Of a stretch of DNA of 64,000 nt, positions 9,732-19,204 are shown in pieces (within the stretch, counting starts at the first letter, position 1; the number at the start of each line of letters is the position of its first letter). The DNA lies in NCBI GenBank assembly GCA_965238075.1, contig OZ250173.1, forward strand, positions 2,784,001-2,848,000, given 5' to 3'. The DNA comes from Candidatus Entotheonellaceae bacterium (GTDB taxonomy: Bacteria > Tectomicrobia > Entotheonellia > Entotheonellales > Entotheonellaceae). The position numbers and the translations under genes are program-made. The notes under the pieces were generated by a model. It ran no database searches and was not told where the DNA came from. It worked only from the letters and a program-made list of their open reading frames with translations.

Positions 9732-11225
9732 CTATCGCTTTATCCTGTGAAAGGCCGCTCGTGCCACTTCCCGGTCATCAAAGTGGCAACGTTGTTGACC
9801 AATGATTTGGTAGTCCTCGTGACCTTTGCCGGCGATGACAACGGTATCCTGCGCCTGTGCCCTGGCAATCGCCTGTTCAATGGCTTGGCGGCGGTCGGGG
9901 ATGGTGGTATAGCTGGACGAAGGTGCGGTCAGACCATCGACGATGTCGTCGATGATGCGCTGGGGGTCTTCGGTTCGGGGATTGTCGGAGGTGATGATCG
10001 TGTAATCGCTGATGGTGGTTGCGGCTTGGCCCATGAGCGGGCGTTTGCCGGGGTCGCGATCGCCGCCGCATCCAAAGACGGTGATCAAGCGACCGACGGT
10101 TTCGGCCCGCACCAGGCGCAGAACCTGCTCCAATGCCGCGGGTGTATGCGCGTAATCCACGAACACGGTCACATCCTGTCCGCAGTCGACGCGCTCTAAC
10201 CGGCCTGGGACCTTGTGGAGCTGTGCGACGCCTTGTCGAATCGCCCCCGCGTCTATGCCCAAAGCCTGCGCGATACCGATGCCGGCGAGCAGGTTGTAAA
10301 TGTTGTGACGTCCCACGAGAGAAGAACTCAGGGCGAGAGGCCCTTCGGAAGTCGGCAAAACGAAGCGAATCCCGTCGAGGCCGTGGTGGACAGCATGGGG
10401 CTTTAGGCTGGTAGAACTGGCGAGGCCATAGGTTAGTGGACGGGCGTGGGACGTCCGGAGGAGAGCACGTCCGTATGGATCGTCGAGATTCAGAACGTGC
10501 CACTCCGCTTCGAGGTCCCGAAACAGCCGCGCCTTCGCGTTGAAGTAGGCCGATTCGGAACCGTGATAATCAAAATGATCACGACTCAAGTTGGTAAATG
10601 CCGCCACTGCAAAAGGGCAGCCTCGTACGCGCTCTTGTGTCAGGGCATGGCTTGAAACTTCCATCACCGCATAATGGGTGCCCGCAGCGACCATTTGAGA
10701 CAGCAGGTCGTGCAACAATGGGGCATCGGGGGTGGTCTGTGGCGACGGTAGGCGTTTCGATCCGATGCGATAATCCACTGTGCCCAGCATCCCGACAGAA
10801 TCTCCGGCGGCCTGCAGGATAGCTTCCACAATGTAGGCCGTGGTGGTTTTGCCGTTTGTCCCGGTAATACCGATCAGGGATAACTGGCGCGCCGGGTGCT
10901 GGTAGTAGGCGCTGGCCAACATCGCTACTGCCTGGTGGCAATCCGGTACTCGAATGACCGTCTGTCCCTCGGCCTGCACCCTGGGCCACAGCGTGGCAGG
11001 CAGTTCCTCAACGACAAGCACGCTGGCGCCCTTGTCGAGCGCTTCGGTGAGAAAGAGGTGCCCGTCCGTACGCGTCCCTCTCAGGGCGGTGAACAGGGTG
11101 TCTTGCTGCACCTGGCGCGAGTCCGTTATGAGATGCTCGACTGGGCAATGCGCGCTGCCCACCAGGATCTCACCCGACAGCTCGGATATCAGGGTTGCCA
11201 GATCACGACTCGTTTCCAAAACCAT
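9732..11225 (-). CDS. murE: UDP-N-acetylmuramoyl-dipeptide--meso-diaminopimelate ligase
   Basis: TGTNGKTT, MEVSSH, DYAHTP, DNPR (meso-DAP type), GKGHE. Confidence 0.97.
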   Translation of the reverse strand: MVLETSRDLATLISELSGEILVGSAHCPVEHLITDSRQVQQDTLFTALRGTRTDGHLFLTEALDKGASVLVVEELPATLWPRVQAEGQTVIRVPDCHQAVAMLASAYYQHPARQLSLIGITGTNGKTTTAYIVEAILQAAGDSVGMLGTVDYRIGSKRLPSPQTTPDAPLLHDLLSQMVAAGTHYAVMEVSSHALTQERVRGCPFAVAAFTNLSRDHFDYHGSESAYFNAKARLFRDLEAEWHVLNLDDPYGRALLRTSHARPLTYGLASSTSLKPHAVHHGLDGIRFVLPTSEGPLALSSSLVGRHNIYNLLAGIGIAQALGIDAGAIRQGVAQLHKVPGRLERVDCGQDVTVFVDYAHTPAALEQVLRLVRAETVGRLITVFGCGGDRDPGKRPLMGQAATTISDYTIITSDNPRTEDPQRIIDDIVDGLTAPSSSYTTIPDRRQAIEQAIARAQAQDTVVIAGKGHEDYQIIGQQRCHFDDREVARAAFHRIKR

Positions 11226-11273
11226 GTTGCTCCCTGTCTGCGGTTTGTGCCGTCGTGTGCCTGTTCACCAACC

Positions 11274-13034
11274 TTACCGCTCTGCCAGACTCAGCTCTTC
11301 TGTGCGGTTGGCGATGTAAGTGTCTTCGATCTCTGGACGGATCCTGCCGGGTGGAACCTGCAAATGGTGCAGCGCCTGTGCCGCAATGCGGCGGAACACT
11401 GGGGCTGCTGCTGAGCCGCCCCATCGTTTTTTCTTCGGTTCATCGAACATGACGAGCATCACGAACCGAGGCGCCTCAGCCGGGGCGTAGCCGATAAAAG
11501 AAGCCACAACTTTGCTCCGGCTGTAGCGGCCGTTTTCGGCCTTCTGTGCGGTGCCGGACTTCCCAGCCACCAAGTAGCCGTCCAAGGCGGCCTGGGTGCC
11601 CGTGCCCCGCTCAACAACGCCGACCAGGATTGAGGTGAGGCGGTTCGTCGTTTGCTGCGACAGGATACGACGGCGGCGCTCGGGCTTGAACGTCTGCTCC
11701 AAGTCGCCCTTGACCATGCGGTCAACAAGGCGCGGCCGTAATAGCCAGCCGCCGTTGGCGATGGCGGAAAAGGCGGCGACCAATTGCATTGGCGTCACAG
11801 TGATTTCCTGCCCAATCGTCAGCGAATCGTGCGACAGGGCCGACCAATCCTCCGGGTGGCGGATTCCGCCGGGATGCTCAGCCGGCAGGTCGATGAGGGA
11901 TTTCTCGCCGAACCCGAAGCGCCTGATGTATTCGTAGAACTGCTCGGAGCCGATCCGTTCATTTACTTTGGCCATGCAGATGTTGCTGGAATTTTCCATC
12001 ACCTCTGGAAAGGTGAGGAACTCAAATGGCTTATGATCGCGCAGCACGCGGTTGTTGCGTATCGTCCGGCCCTTCTCGCAGAAGAAAACCTCGTCCAGGT
12101 TAACGGTTTTCTCCTCCAGTGCCGCCGCCGCCGCAACAACCTTGAAGGTGGAGCCTGGCTCTACGGGGTCGGTGATGGCTCGGTTGCGCCGCCAGGAACG
12201 TTGCTCTTTGTTTCGATAGTCGTTCGGGTTAAAGAAGGGATAGGATGCCAGCGTGAGGATGCCGCCCGTGTATGGATCCATGATGACGACCAGACCGCTG
12301 CGAGCGCCTATCGCCTCCGCCTGCCGGGCAAGTTCCTTCTCCGCGATGTGTTGCAGCCGCATATCAAGCGTCAGGTGAAGGTCTGCCCCACGAGGTGGCC
12401 CCGCGTGGGCTGCCTGGTCGAAGCTCACGGTCCGACCCCGCGCGTCCCGTGTTCCATTGGTGCGAAGTGGCTGTGCCGCCAATACGTCATCGTATTGGCG
12501 TTCCAAGCCCCCCAGACCCTGCTCGTCGACTCCGGCATAGCCTATCGTGGAACCCGCCATAACGCCTCTGGGGTAAATCCGGCGCGTTTCCTTCATTATA
12601 TGAATGCCGGGGAGCTTCAGAGCTTCCAATGCTGATACCTTTTCCGGCGATACCTGACGCGCCAGCCACACAAAGGAAGCCTTAGAGGTGAGTTGCTGCT
12701 CAAGGCGGCTTCGGGAGAGGGATGGGAAGATGCTGACTATCTTTTGTGCCGTGGCACCGGGTTGCCTGACATCACGAGGTGCCGCATAAACGGAGGGGGC
12801 TGGGATGCTGGCGGCCAGGACATTGTTGCGCCGGTCGTAAATGCTGCCCCGCACTGGCGCCACGGTAATCCGACGCCCATACTGCGCCTCCGCCGAATCT
12901 CGCCAGTAGGTGTATTGCCCAACCTGAACAACGGTCAACCGCACCAGTATTGCCAAAAAACCAAGACCAAAAAAACCCACGACGAGATACAGCCGTGGGC
13001 GGCTATAGCCTGTGGAATACCTGACGCGCCTCAT
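11274..13034 (-). CDS. ftsI: Class B penicillin-binding protein FtsI/PBP3
   Basis: N-terminal TM; STFK, SSN and KSG transpeptidase motifs. Confidence 0.95.
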   Translation of the reverse strand: MRRVRYSTGYSRPRLYLVVGFFGLGFLAILVRLTVVQVGQYTYWRDSAEAQYGRRITVAPVRGSIYDRRNNVLAASIPAPSVYAAPRDVRQPGATAQKIVSIFPSLSRSRLEQQLTSKASFVWLARQVSPEKVSALEALKLPGIHIMKETRRIYPRGVMAGSTIGYAGVDEQGLGGLERQYDDVLAAQPLRTNGTRDARGRTVSFDQAAHAGPPRGADLHLTLDMRLQHIAEKELARQAEAIGARSGLVVIMDPYTGGILTLASYPFFNPNDYRNKEQRSWRRNRAITDPVEPGSTFKVVAAAAALEEKTVNLDEVFFCEKGRTIRNNRVLRDHKPFEFLTFPEVMENSSNICMAKVNERIGSEQFYEYIRRFGFGEKSLIDLPAEHPGGIRHPEDWSALSHDSLTIGQEITVTPMQLVAAFSAIANGGWLLRPRLVDRMVKGDLEQTFKPERRRRILSQQTTNRLTSILVGVVERGTGTQAALDGYLVAGKSGTAQKAENGRYSRSKVVASFIGYAPAEAPRFVMLVMFDEPKKKRWGGSAAAPVFRRIAAQALHHLQVPPGRIRPEIEDTYIANRTEELSLAER

Positions 13035-13408
13035 GGTTCCCTCGTTACTGTTGGGAGGTCGTGTTGGGGGTTGTGCTGCGAACGCACGTAAATGATCTGG
13101 GTGCTCTGAGGGATTCGCAAACCAAGAAATTTGGTAGCGATCTCTTCAATACGAGATAGTTGACTCAGCGAGACGAGTTCCAGGCGCAACTCCTCTTGGC
13201 GCTGCAAGGCTTCTACGCGTTGTTTTTGAAGAACGCCTTCGCGGTAGCCCATATCTACAAGCCGCATCTGCGGCCAGAGGTAGAGCAAAATGCCTCCTAG
13301 CATCGCAACTGTGCAACAAAACAGGACGAAGATTGTCGGCTTGCCCACAATGCGTTCCTGGCGCTGCCGCCGTACCGTGTCTGATGCCTGCTGTTGTTGG
13401 CTTTTCAT
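13031..13408 (-). CDS. ftsL: Cell division protein FtsL
   Basis: TM, leucine-rich coil, RIEEIA..LGL; lies between rsmH and ftsI. Confidence 0.85.
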   Translation of the reverse strand: MKSQQQQASDTVRRQRQERIVGKPTIFVLFCCTVAMLGGILLYLWPQMRLVDMGYREGVLQKQRVEALQRQEELRLELVSLSQLSRIEEIATKFLGLRIPQSTQIIYVRSQHNPQHDLPTVTREP

Positions 13409-13411
13409 GGT

Positions 13412-14371
13412 CTAGTTCTCGGTGTCCAATTTTTCCGCGGCTCGAAACCGCGCGCTCCGGCTGCGTGGGTTGGATGCTTGCTCCTCAGGCCGGGGAGCAA
13501 GCGGTTTGCGCGTCAGGATTTTCAACTGCGGGTGGAGACCACAGCAGCATTGGGGCAGGCGAGGCGGGCACTGGCACCCTCGTGCCTGCTGGCGAAAAAA
13601 TGTCTTAACTTGACGATCTTCCAGAGAATGAAAGGCGACGACACTGAGGCGGCCGCCACTGCGCAGCGCCGCCACGGCTTGCGGCAAGGCATCGGCCAGG
13701 GCCGGCAGCTCGTTATTCACCGCTATGCGGAGGGCTTGAAAGACGCGCGTCGCAGGGTGAATGCGGGGGGGCCAAGCGGCTCGCGGGATGGCTTGAGCGA
13801 CGAGGTCGGCCAAATGGCGCGTGCGCGTGATGGCTGAGTTGTCACGCACAGTCAAGATCGCCTTGGCAATTCGCCCGGCCCAGCGTTCTTGGCCCAAGGT
13901 GCGGAAGATAGTCCGCAACTGTTCGCTGGAAGCCTGATTGATGAGGGTGCTGGCGGTGGCTTCCTGCCGGGTGTCCATGCGCATGTCGAGGGGACCGTCT
14001 TGACGAAAGCTGAAGCCGCGCGAGGGGGTGTCTAACTGATGCGACGATACCCCGAGGTCGAAGAGGATGCCGTCGACGCGTGGGTGCCCGCACTCCTGCA
14101 ATATCTCCCCGAGATCACGAAAATTTCCATGCCGCGCCAACAATCGCTGACGCCACGGCTTTCCCCAGTCACGCGCTGCGGCGATGCAGTCTTGATCGCG
14201 GTCGATGCCGATCACCATGCTTGATGCCTCACTCGCCTCCAACAAAGCGCGGCTATGCCCGCCGCCGCCCAGGGTGCAGTCCACATAGACCGCGGGGCTG
14301 GAACTCAGCAAGTGGCTGAGCACCTCCTCCTGCATGACAGCGCAATGTTTAACGAGTGGCGCGGCGTCCAT
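13412..14371 (-). CDS. rsmH: 16S rRNA m4C1402 methyltransferase
   Basis: DCTLGGGGHS, DLGVSS, PLDMRMD, FHSLEDR, NPRSRSA; start moved to ATG 14371 to avoid overlapping mraZ. Confidence 0.96.
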   Translation of the reverse strand: MDAAPLVKHCAVMQEEVLSHLLSSSPAVYVDCTLGGGGHSRALLEASEASSMVIGIDRDQDCIAAARDWGKPWRQRLLARHGNFRDLGEILQECGHPRVDGILFDLGVSSHQLDTPSRGFSFRQDGPLDMRMDTRQEATASTLINQASSEQLRTIFRTLGQERWAGRIAKAILTVRDNSAITRTRHLADLVAQAIPRAAWPPRIHPATRVFQALRIAVNNELPALADALPQAVAALRSGGRLSVVAFHSLEDRQVKTFFRQQARGCQCPPRLPQCCCGLHPQLKILTRKPLAPRPEEQASNPRSRSARFRAAEKLDTEN

Positions 14372-14382
14372 CGGGTCTTGCC

Positions 14383-14832
14383 TCACAGTTTGAGAGCGGC
14401 AATTTGTTCGTGGGACTCGAAATCGGTCGGCTGATTTGCTTCGTAAGCTTCCCAACGGGTCGGAGACCACAATTCGAGCTTCCTTCCAACACCCACCATG
14501 TGAGCCTCGGAGCCGATGCCGGCGCAATGTCGCAACTTCTGAGGAATCAGCATGCGTCCCTGTCGGTCCAGGTTCAACATGGAGGCGCTGGAGTAAAAGC
14601 TGCGTGTGAAAGAGCGGGCCTTGGCATCGTTTGGCAACTCATTTACCTGTTCCTGAATATCCATCCAAACGGACTTGGGGTAGACGACCAAGCAGTTCTC
14701 GAAATACCTGGTGATGAACAGAAGACCCCCGTCCTCAGGGCCGTAGAGCTCGTGTAGGATGTGACGCAGCCCTACGGGTACGCTTAAGCGACCCTTTTCG
14801 TCCAGGCTGAGATCGTATTCCCCCACTAACAC
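14383..14832 (-). CDS. mraZ: Transcriptional regulator MraZ
   Basis: Two DxxGR motifs (LDEKGR, LDRQGR); first gene of the dcw cluster. Confidence 0.95.
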   Translation of the reverse strand: MLVGEYDLSLDEKGRLSVPVGLRHILHELYGPEDGGLLFITRYFENCLVVYPKSVWMDIQEQVNELPNDAKARSFTRSFYSSASMLNLDRQGRMLIPQKLRHCAGIGSEAHMVGVGRKLELWSPTRWEAYEANQPTDFESHEQIAALKL

Positions 14833-14868
14833 AACAGGGCGTCCTTTTAGGATTATTGAGGCATTTCA

Positions 14869-14893
14869 CTCCACTTTATCCCATTCTCTCCCA
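14869..14893 (-). promoter_or_regulatory. MraZ-binding boxes (three repeats, 10-bp period)
   Basis: Minus strand reads TGGGA-gagaa-TGGGA-taaag-TGGAG, between the promoter and the mraZ start. Confidence 0.85.
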
Positions 14894-14900
14894 CATGGGG

Positions 14901-14929
14901 AATATAGGAGCTGCCTCGAAACCCGTCAA
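14901..14929 (-). promoter_or_regulatory. Sigma70-type dcw promoter
   Basis: TTGACG-17 nt-TATATT immediately upstream of the MraZ boxes. Confidence 0.8.
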
Positions 14930-15052
14930 GGGGTAAATTCCGACGCCTGTGAAATCATGGGTCTCGTGCACCACTATGACAGTGCGTTGAGGAATATGAA
15001 AGACATTCAGCGATGACCAATGCACGAAGAAATATAAAGGCGGGTTATGGTT

Positions 15053-15500
<448 letters not shown>

Positions 15501-15534
15501 AAAAGACTAAAAAGACGGGCGTCGTTCAGCACTC

Positions 15535-15562
15535 AGCGTACATTCGTGTTTCGTTATCGCAA
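15535..15562 (-). promoter_or_regulatory. Possible rnpB promoter
   Basis: TTGCGA-16 nt-TACGCT about 35 nt upstream of P1. Confidence 0.35.
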
Positions 15563-15848
15563 GCGGTGGGACTGATCGCTTCGGTGGTCAATACCTTGCG
15601 GTCATACTGCTGTGGGTCGATCGACCCTGAGATGTGGAACAACGAGCATAAAACCCAACGACATCAATATGTGAGATAACGTGCCTCGTTGCCTTCGTAT
15701 GTGCGATCCGTAACCAGAACGGGTTATTACGCTGCAGGAGCGGGCAGGAACTTGCGGCTTGTGCCCTTGCGAGGTGTTTGACCTGTCCGCTCCGTAGAGA
15801 GCGAGTGGGATGGAGTCTTACTGAGCCTCTGTTCGGTGTTACCAGGCC

Positions 15849-16229
15849 CTAATTGCCGCCTTGGTACGGTGGGACCGCGAGCGTTCGTAGAAAGGCCACG
15901 AGGTTCTGCAATTGATCGTCTTTCAAGTCGAATTGCGGCGGCATGATCGGGGATTTGCCAACAGCGGGACCGCCTTCTTTGATGACTCTGAACAGGTGTT
16001 GGTCCGACAGCGCGTTCATGTAGCCCCCATCGGTGTGGTCCCTCGGTGGGGGCTGCAAGGCTTTGGCGGTCGGTGTGTTGGCTTTGCCGTCCGGCCCGTG
16101 GCAAGGTGCGCAGCGTTGCTCATAAAGCGTCTTGCCAGCTTCGATGTCCGCCGATTCGGCAAGACCGGAAGTACCGACCAGTGCCGCTACTGCCGTCGTC
16201 AAGAAAACCACCACACACTTACTGAACAT
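15849..16229 (-). CDS. Periplasmic monoheme c-type cytochrome
   Basis: Signal peptide, CAPCH heme motif, distal Met in IMPP; GGAGG RBS before ATG 16229. Confidence 0.92.
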   Translation of the reverse strand: MFSKCVVVFLTTAVAALVGTSGLAESADIEAGKTLYEQRCAPCHGPDGKANTPTAKALQPPPRDHTDGGYMNALSDQHLFRVIKEGGPAVGKSPIMPPQFDLKDDQLQNLVAFLRTLAVPPYQGGN

Positions 16230-16335
16230 ATCCGAAAACCTCCCCCCTTGAGAAACAGGCAACCATCACATCCCGCGCAGCGCTCGCTGCTCCTATCGCC
16301 CCGGGCTCTGCGGCACTCTTCGCGAGTGAACCCGT

Positions 16336-17430
16336 CTATGTGGAGACGGAAACCATTTCCGAAATACCCAGGTTGGGACGCGCATCAAGATCAAGAAAGG
16401 CAGGGTACTGGTAAAGTTCCCTGCAAGCCTCGTATCGGAAAGCCGCTGCCGCGGCAATCATGGCGGCATTATCGGTACACAAAATAGGGGATGGAAAGAG
16501 AACCGGCAAACCCAACGATTCTCCCGCCAAAGCCATCCGCCGCCGAAGCACTGTGTTGCAGGCCACCCCGCCTACCACAGCGATGGCTTCAGCCTTTGTC
16601 TGTTCGACGGCTCGAATCGTTTTGCTCACCAAGGCATCGACGACCGCTTCCTGAAAGCTGGCCAGAATGTCGTTGCGGTCTTGTTCCCATTGTGGGCTAT
16701 CAGGTAGCGGCCAAAAGGAATCGTCCTGAAAAATACGTTGACCGTGCAGGTCGCTTACGTCGAGGAGGTGAGATCGGACAGCGGCTTTCACGCCGCTGAA
16801 ACTGAAGTCCAGGTTGTTCCGTCGCTGCATGGCGCGCGGAAAGTGGACCGCTGCAGGGTTCCCGTGCTCTGCCAAGCGGTTGACAACCGGACCTCCAGGG
16901 TAGCCCAAACTGAGCATCTTGGCAACCTTGTCGAAGCATTCGCCGGCAGCGTCGTCGCGCGTTCGTCCCAGCACGTCGTATCGCCCCCTTTGCGGGCAAT
17001 AATACAGGTCCGAGTGCCCCCCGGAGACCACTAAGGCGACGAATGGACACGGCACGGATTCGTCCCCGAGGTAGATGGCGCTGACGTGGCCGTCCAGATG
17101 ATGTACGCCGACTAACGGCTTCCCCAAGCCGTAGGCCAGGGATTTCGCAAAGCTCAAACCAATCAAAAGCGCGCCGACGAGCCCCGGACCTTGCGTGACG
17201 CCAATGAGGTCGATGTCGCGCAGCGTCACGTCTGCCTGCACCAGTGCGGCTTCAACCACGGGTCGGATGTTCTCCGTGTGGCTCCGGCAGGCCAGTTCCG
17301 GAACCACGCCCCCATAGGCCGCGTGGATACTGTGCTGTGAGGAAATGATGTTGGCGAGGACATCGTGGTCGTCCGCCAAAACAGCAGCGGACGTTTCGTC
17401 GCACGAGGTCTCGATTCCCAAGGTGAGCAT
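16336..17430 (-). CDS. tsaD: tRNA t6A37 synthesis protein TsaD
   Basis: LGIETSCDET, HHLDGH, VSGGH, DDAAGECFDK, TDNAAMI. Confidence 0.97.
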   Translation of the reverse strand: MLTLGIETSCDETSAAVLADDHDVLANIISSQHSIHAAYGGVVPELACRSHTENIRPVVEAALVQADVTLRDIDLIGVTQGPGLVGALLIGLSFAKSLAYGLGKPLVGVHHLDGHVSAIYLGDESVPCPFVALVVSGGHSDLYYCPQRGRYDVLGRTRDDAAGECFDKVAKMLSLGYPGGPVVNRLAEHGNPAAVHFPRAMQRRNNLDFSFSGVKAAVRSHLLDVSDLHGQRIFQDDSFWPLPDSPQWEQDRNDILASFQEAVVDALVSKTIRAVEQTKAEAIAVVGGVACNTVLRRRMALAGESLGLPVLFPSPILCTDNAAMIAAAAAFRYEACRELYQYPAFLDLDARPNLGISEMVSVST

Positions 17431-17486
17431 GGTGGGATTCCGTCAGGGGCGCCGACCAAGCGCTACCCAGGTGTGTGGACCGCGAG

Positions 17487-18752
17487 TTACTCCTGCGGTT
17501 CGGCCTGGGCCGCCTTCTCCTTTTCTGTCATTTTGTCGGTGAGAAAGTCAAAAGCCTTTTGCAGTTGCGTGTCGCCGGACAGATCTTCACCCGGCAGTTC
17601 CATCTGACGCCGGCTGCGCAGTTCCGACCCCGGCTCGTCGGACTCAGTTACCGGTTCCAGTTCGACAACGATATCCGGCGTAATGCCCTTGCCATGAATT
17701 TCGGCGTTGTTGGGGGTGTAATACTTCGCCGTCGTCAGACGCAAGCCTGAGCCGTCGCTGAGCGGAATGATCGTTTGCACCGAGCCCTTGCCGAAGCTCT
17801 GCGTGCCGATGAGGGTGGCGCGGTCCCAGTCCTTCAAGGCGCCGGCAACAATTTCGGAAGCACTGGCGCTGCCGCCGTTGATCAGAATGGCCAGCGGCCG
17901 GTTGGACCAAATGTCCCCACCTTTCGAGAACCCCTTCATATTCTGATTACTCAGACGCCCCTTGGTGTAAACGACCAGCTTGCCGTCTTCCAGAAAGACC
18001 TCGGACACCGCGATCGCCTGGTCCAAGAGGCCGCCCGGATTGTTGCGGAGGTCAAGGATGAGGGCTGAAATGCCTTGTGATTCAAGCTCCTGCAGGGCTT
18101 CCTTCACCTCGTTCACGGTGGTTTTCTGGAAGCTTCGCACCTTGATGTACCCCACATCCTCGGGCAGCTTGGTCCATCGCACACTTTGGATCTTAATGAC
18201 CGCGCGGACAATGGTGAAATCCTTGGGTTCGGCAAACCCTGGGCGCAGGATGCCGATCGTCACCTCCGTGCCTTCGAGGCCTCGAAGTTTCTTCACCGCT
18301 TCGAGCAGCGTCATGTCCTTGGTCGACTCGCCCTCCACGAGCACGATTTTATCGCCGGCCTGGATGCCCGCCCGGAAGGCCGGCGTGCCTTCGATAGGGG
18401 AGACCACGGTCAGCACGTCGTCGCGAATCGTAATCTCGATGCCCAGGCCGCCGAAGCGTCCTTCCGTTTCGACCTGCATCTCGCTGAACATTTCCGGCGG
18501 CATGAAGGACGAATGCGGGTCAAGGCTGCGCAACATGCCGCGGATGGCGCCGTGGATGACCCGCTCGGGCTCCACTTCCTCCACATAATTTGCTTCGACG
18601 TAGGAGAGGACTTCCGTGAAAATCTTCAGGTCCTCGTAGCGCTCAATTTGGAAGGGGTGGCGATTCGCCATCACCACGCCCGTGCAAATGCTCACCAGAA
18701 CGACGATGACTGACCATAACCACACCGGCTTTCCCCGAAGCTTCTGCGCCAT
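17487..18752 (-). CDS. S41 family carboxyl-terminal processing protease (CtpA-like, PDZ)
   Basis: LDPHS, GGLGI PDZ loop, DLRNNPGG, SASASEI, FGKGSVQ. Confidence 0.95.
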   Translation of the reverse strand: MAQKLRGKPVWLWSVIVVLVSICTGVVMANRHPFQIERYEDLKIFTEVLSYVEANYVEEVEPERVIHGAIRGMLRSLDPHSSFMPPEMFSEMQVETEGRFGGLGIEITIRDDVLTVVSPIEGTPAFRAGIQAGDKIVLVEGESTKDMTLLEAVKKLRGLEGTEVTIGILRPGFAEPKDFTIVRAVIKIQSVRWTKLPEDVGYIKVRSFQKTTVNEVKEALQELESQGISALILDLRNNPGGLLDQAIAVSEVFLEDGKLVVYTKGRLSNQNMKGFSKGGDIWSNRPLAILINGGSASASEIVAGALKDWDRATLIGTQSFGKGSVQTIIPLSDGSGLRLTTAKYYTPNNAEIHGKGITPDIVVELEPVTESDEPGSELRSRRQMELPGEDLSGDTQLQKAFDFLTDKMTEKEKAAQAEPQE

Positions 18753-18923
18753 TGGGATTTTCCTTATTTAACTGGTAGGGCCCCGTTCGTCCTCAGCCGC
18801 CATGCTTCTTTTGGGCGACCACTGCCTGCTTGAGCGCGTCTCAATTCTGATGGAATTAGCGACTTGCGTATCACAATTCCCGCAAAATAAGACTGGATGA
18901 AATCTGTAGCCGGTGGAGAAGGC

Positions 18924-18952
18924 ACCATAAAGCAAACGGCCCGTCTTGTAAA
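18924..18952 (-). promoter_or_regulatory. Possible sigma70 promoter for the S41 protease-tsaD operon
   Basis: TTTACA-17 nt-TATGGT on the minus strand. Confidence 0.4.
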
Positions 18953-19016
18953 GGTTGCGGAACCCGTTGGGCGGGGTCCACTACGCCACGCCAGGCGTTC
19001 TTGCAGGGTGTCTGTG

Positions 19017-19202
19017 TCATGCCGTCGTTCCCTCCGTGAATCGTCCTTCAATCCAGCCTTCGATGCGCGTCAGTCGCTCTTTGACGGTCGCCATGTCCGC
19101 TTGCAAGGCGTCAATGCGTCTGCTCAAACGGTCGAACATGCGCCACTGCAAGCCGACAACGGCCACCCCAACGCCAATGATTGCCCAGAATTCAGCACTC
19201 AT
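19017..19202 (-). CDS. 61-aa protein, N-terminal TM plus coiled coil; cut off from its RBS by an IS
   Basis: MSAEFWAIIGVGVAVVGLQWRMFDRLSRRIDALQADMATVKERLTRIEG...; native AAGGA RBS lies beyond the IS at about 20709-20714. Confidence 0.75.
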   Translation of the reverse strand: MSAEFWAIIGVGVAVVGLQWRMFDRLSRRIDALQADMATVKERLTRIEGWIEGRFTEGTTA

Positions 19203-19204
19203 GC

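Noticed and set aside
15737-15793. Resemblance to a c-di-GMP-I riboswitch or tmRNA/6S RNA
   Set aside because: Lacks the full two-stem consensus and tRNA-like ends; kept only as an unassigned structured region
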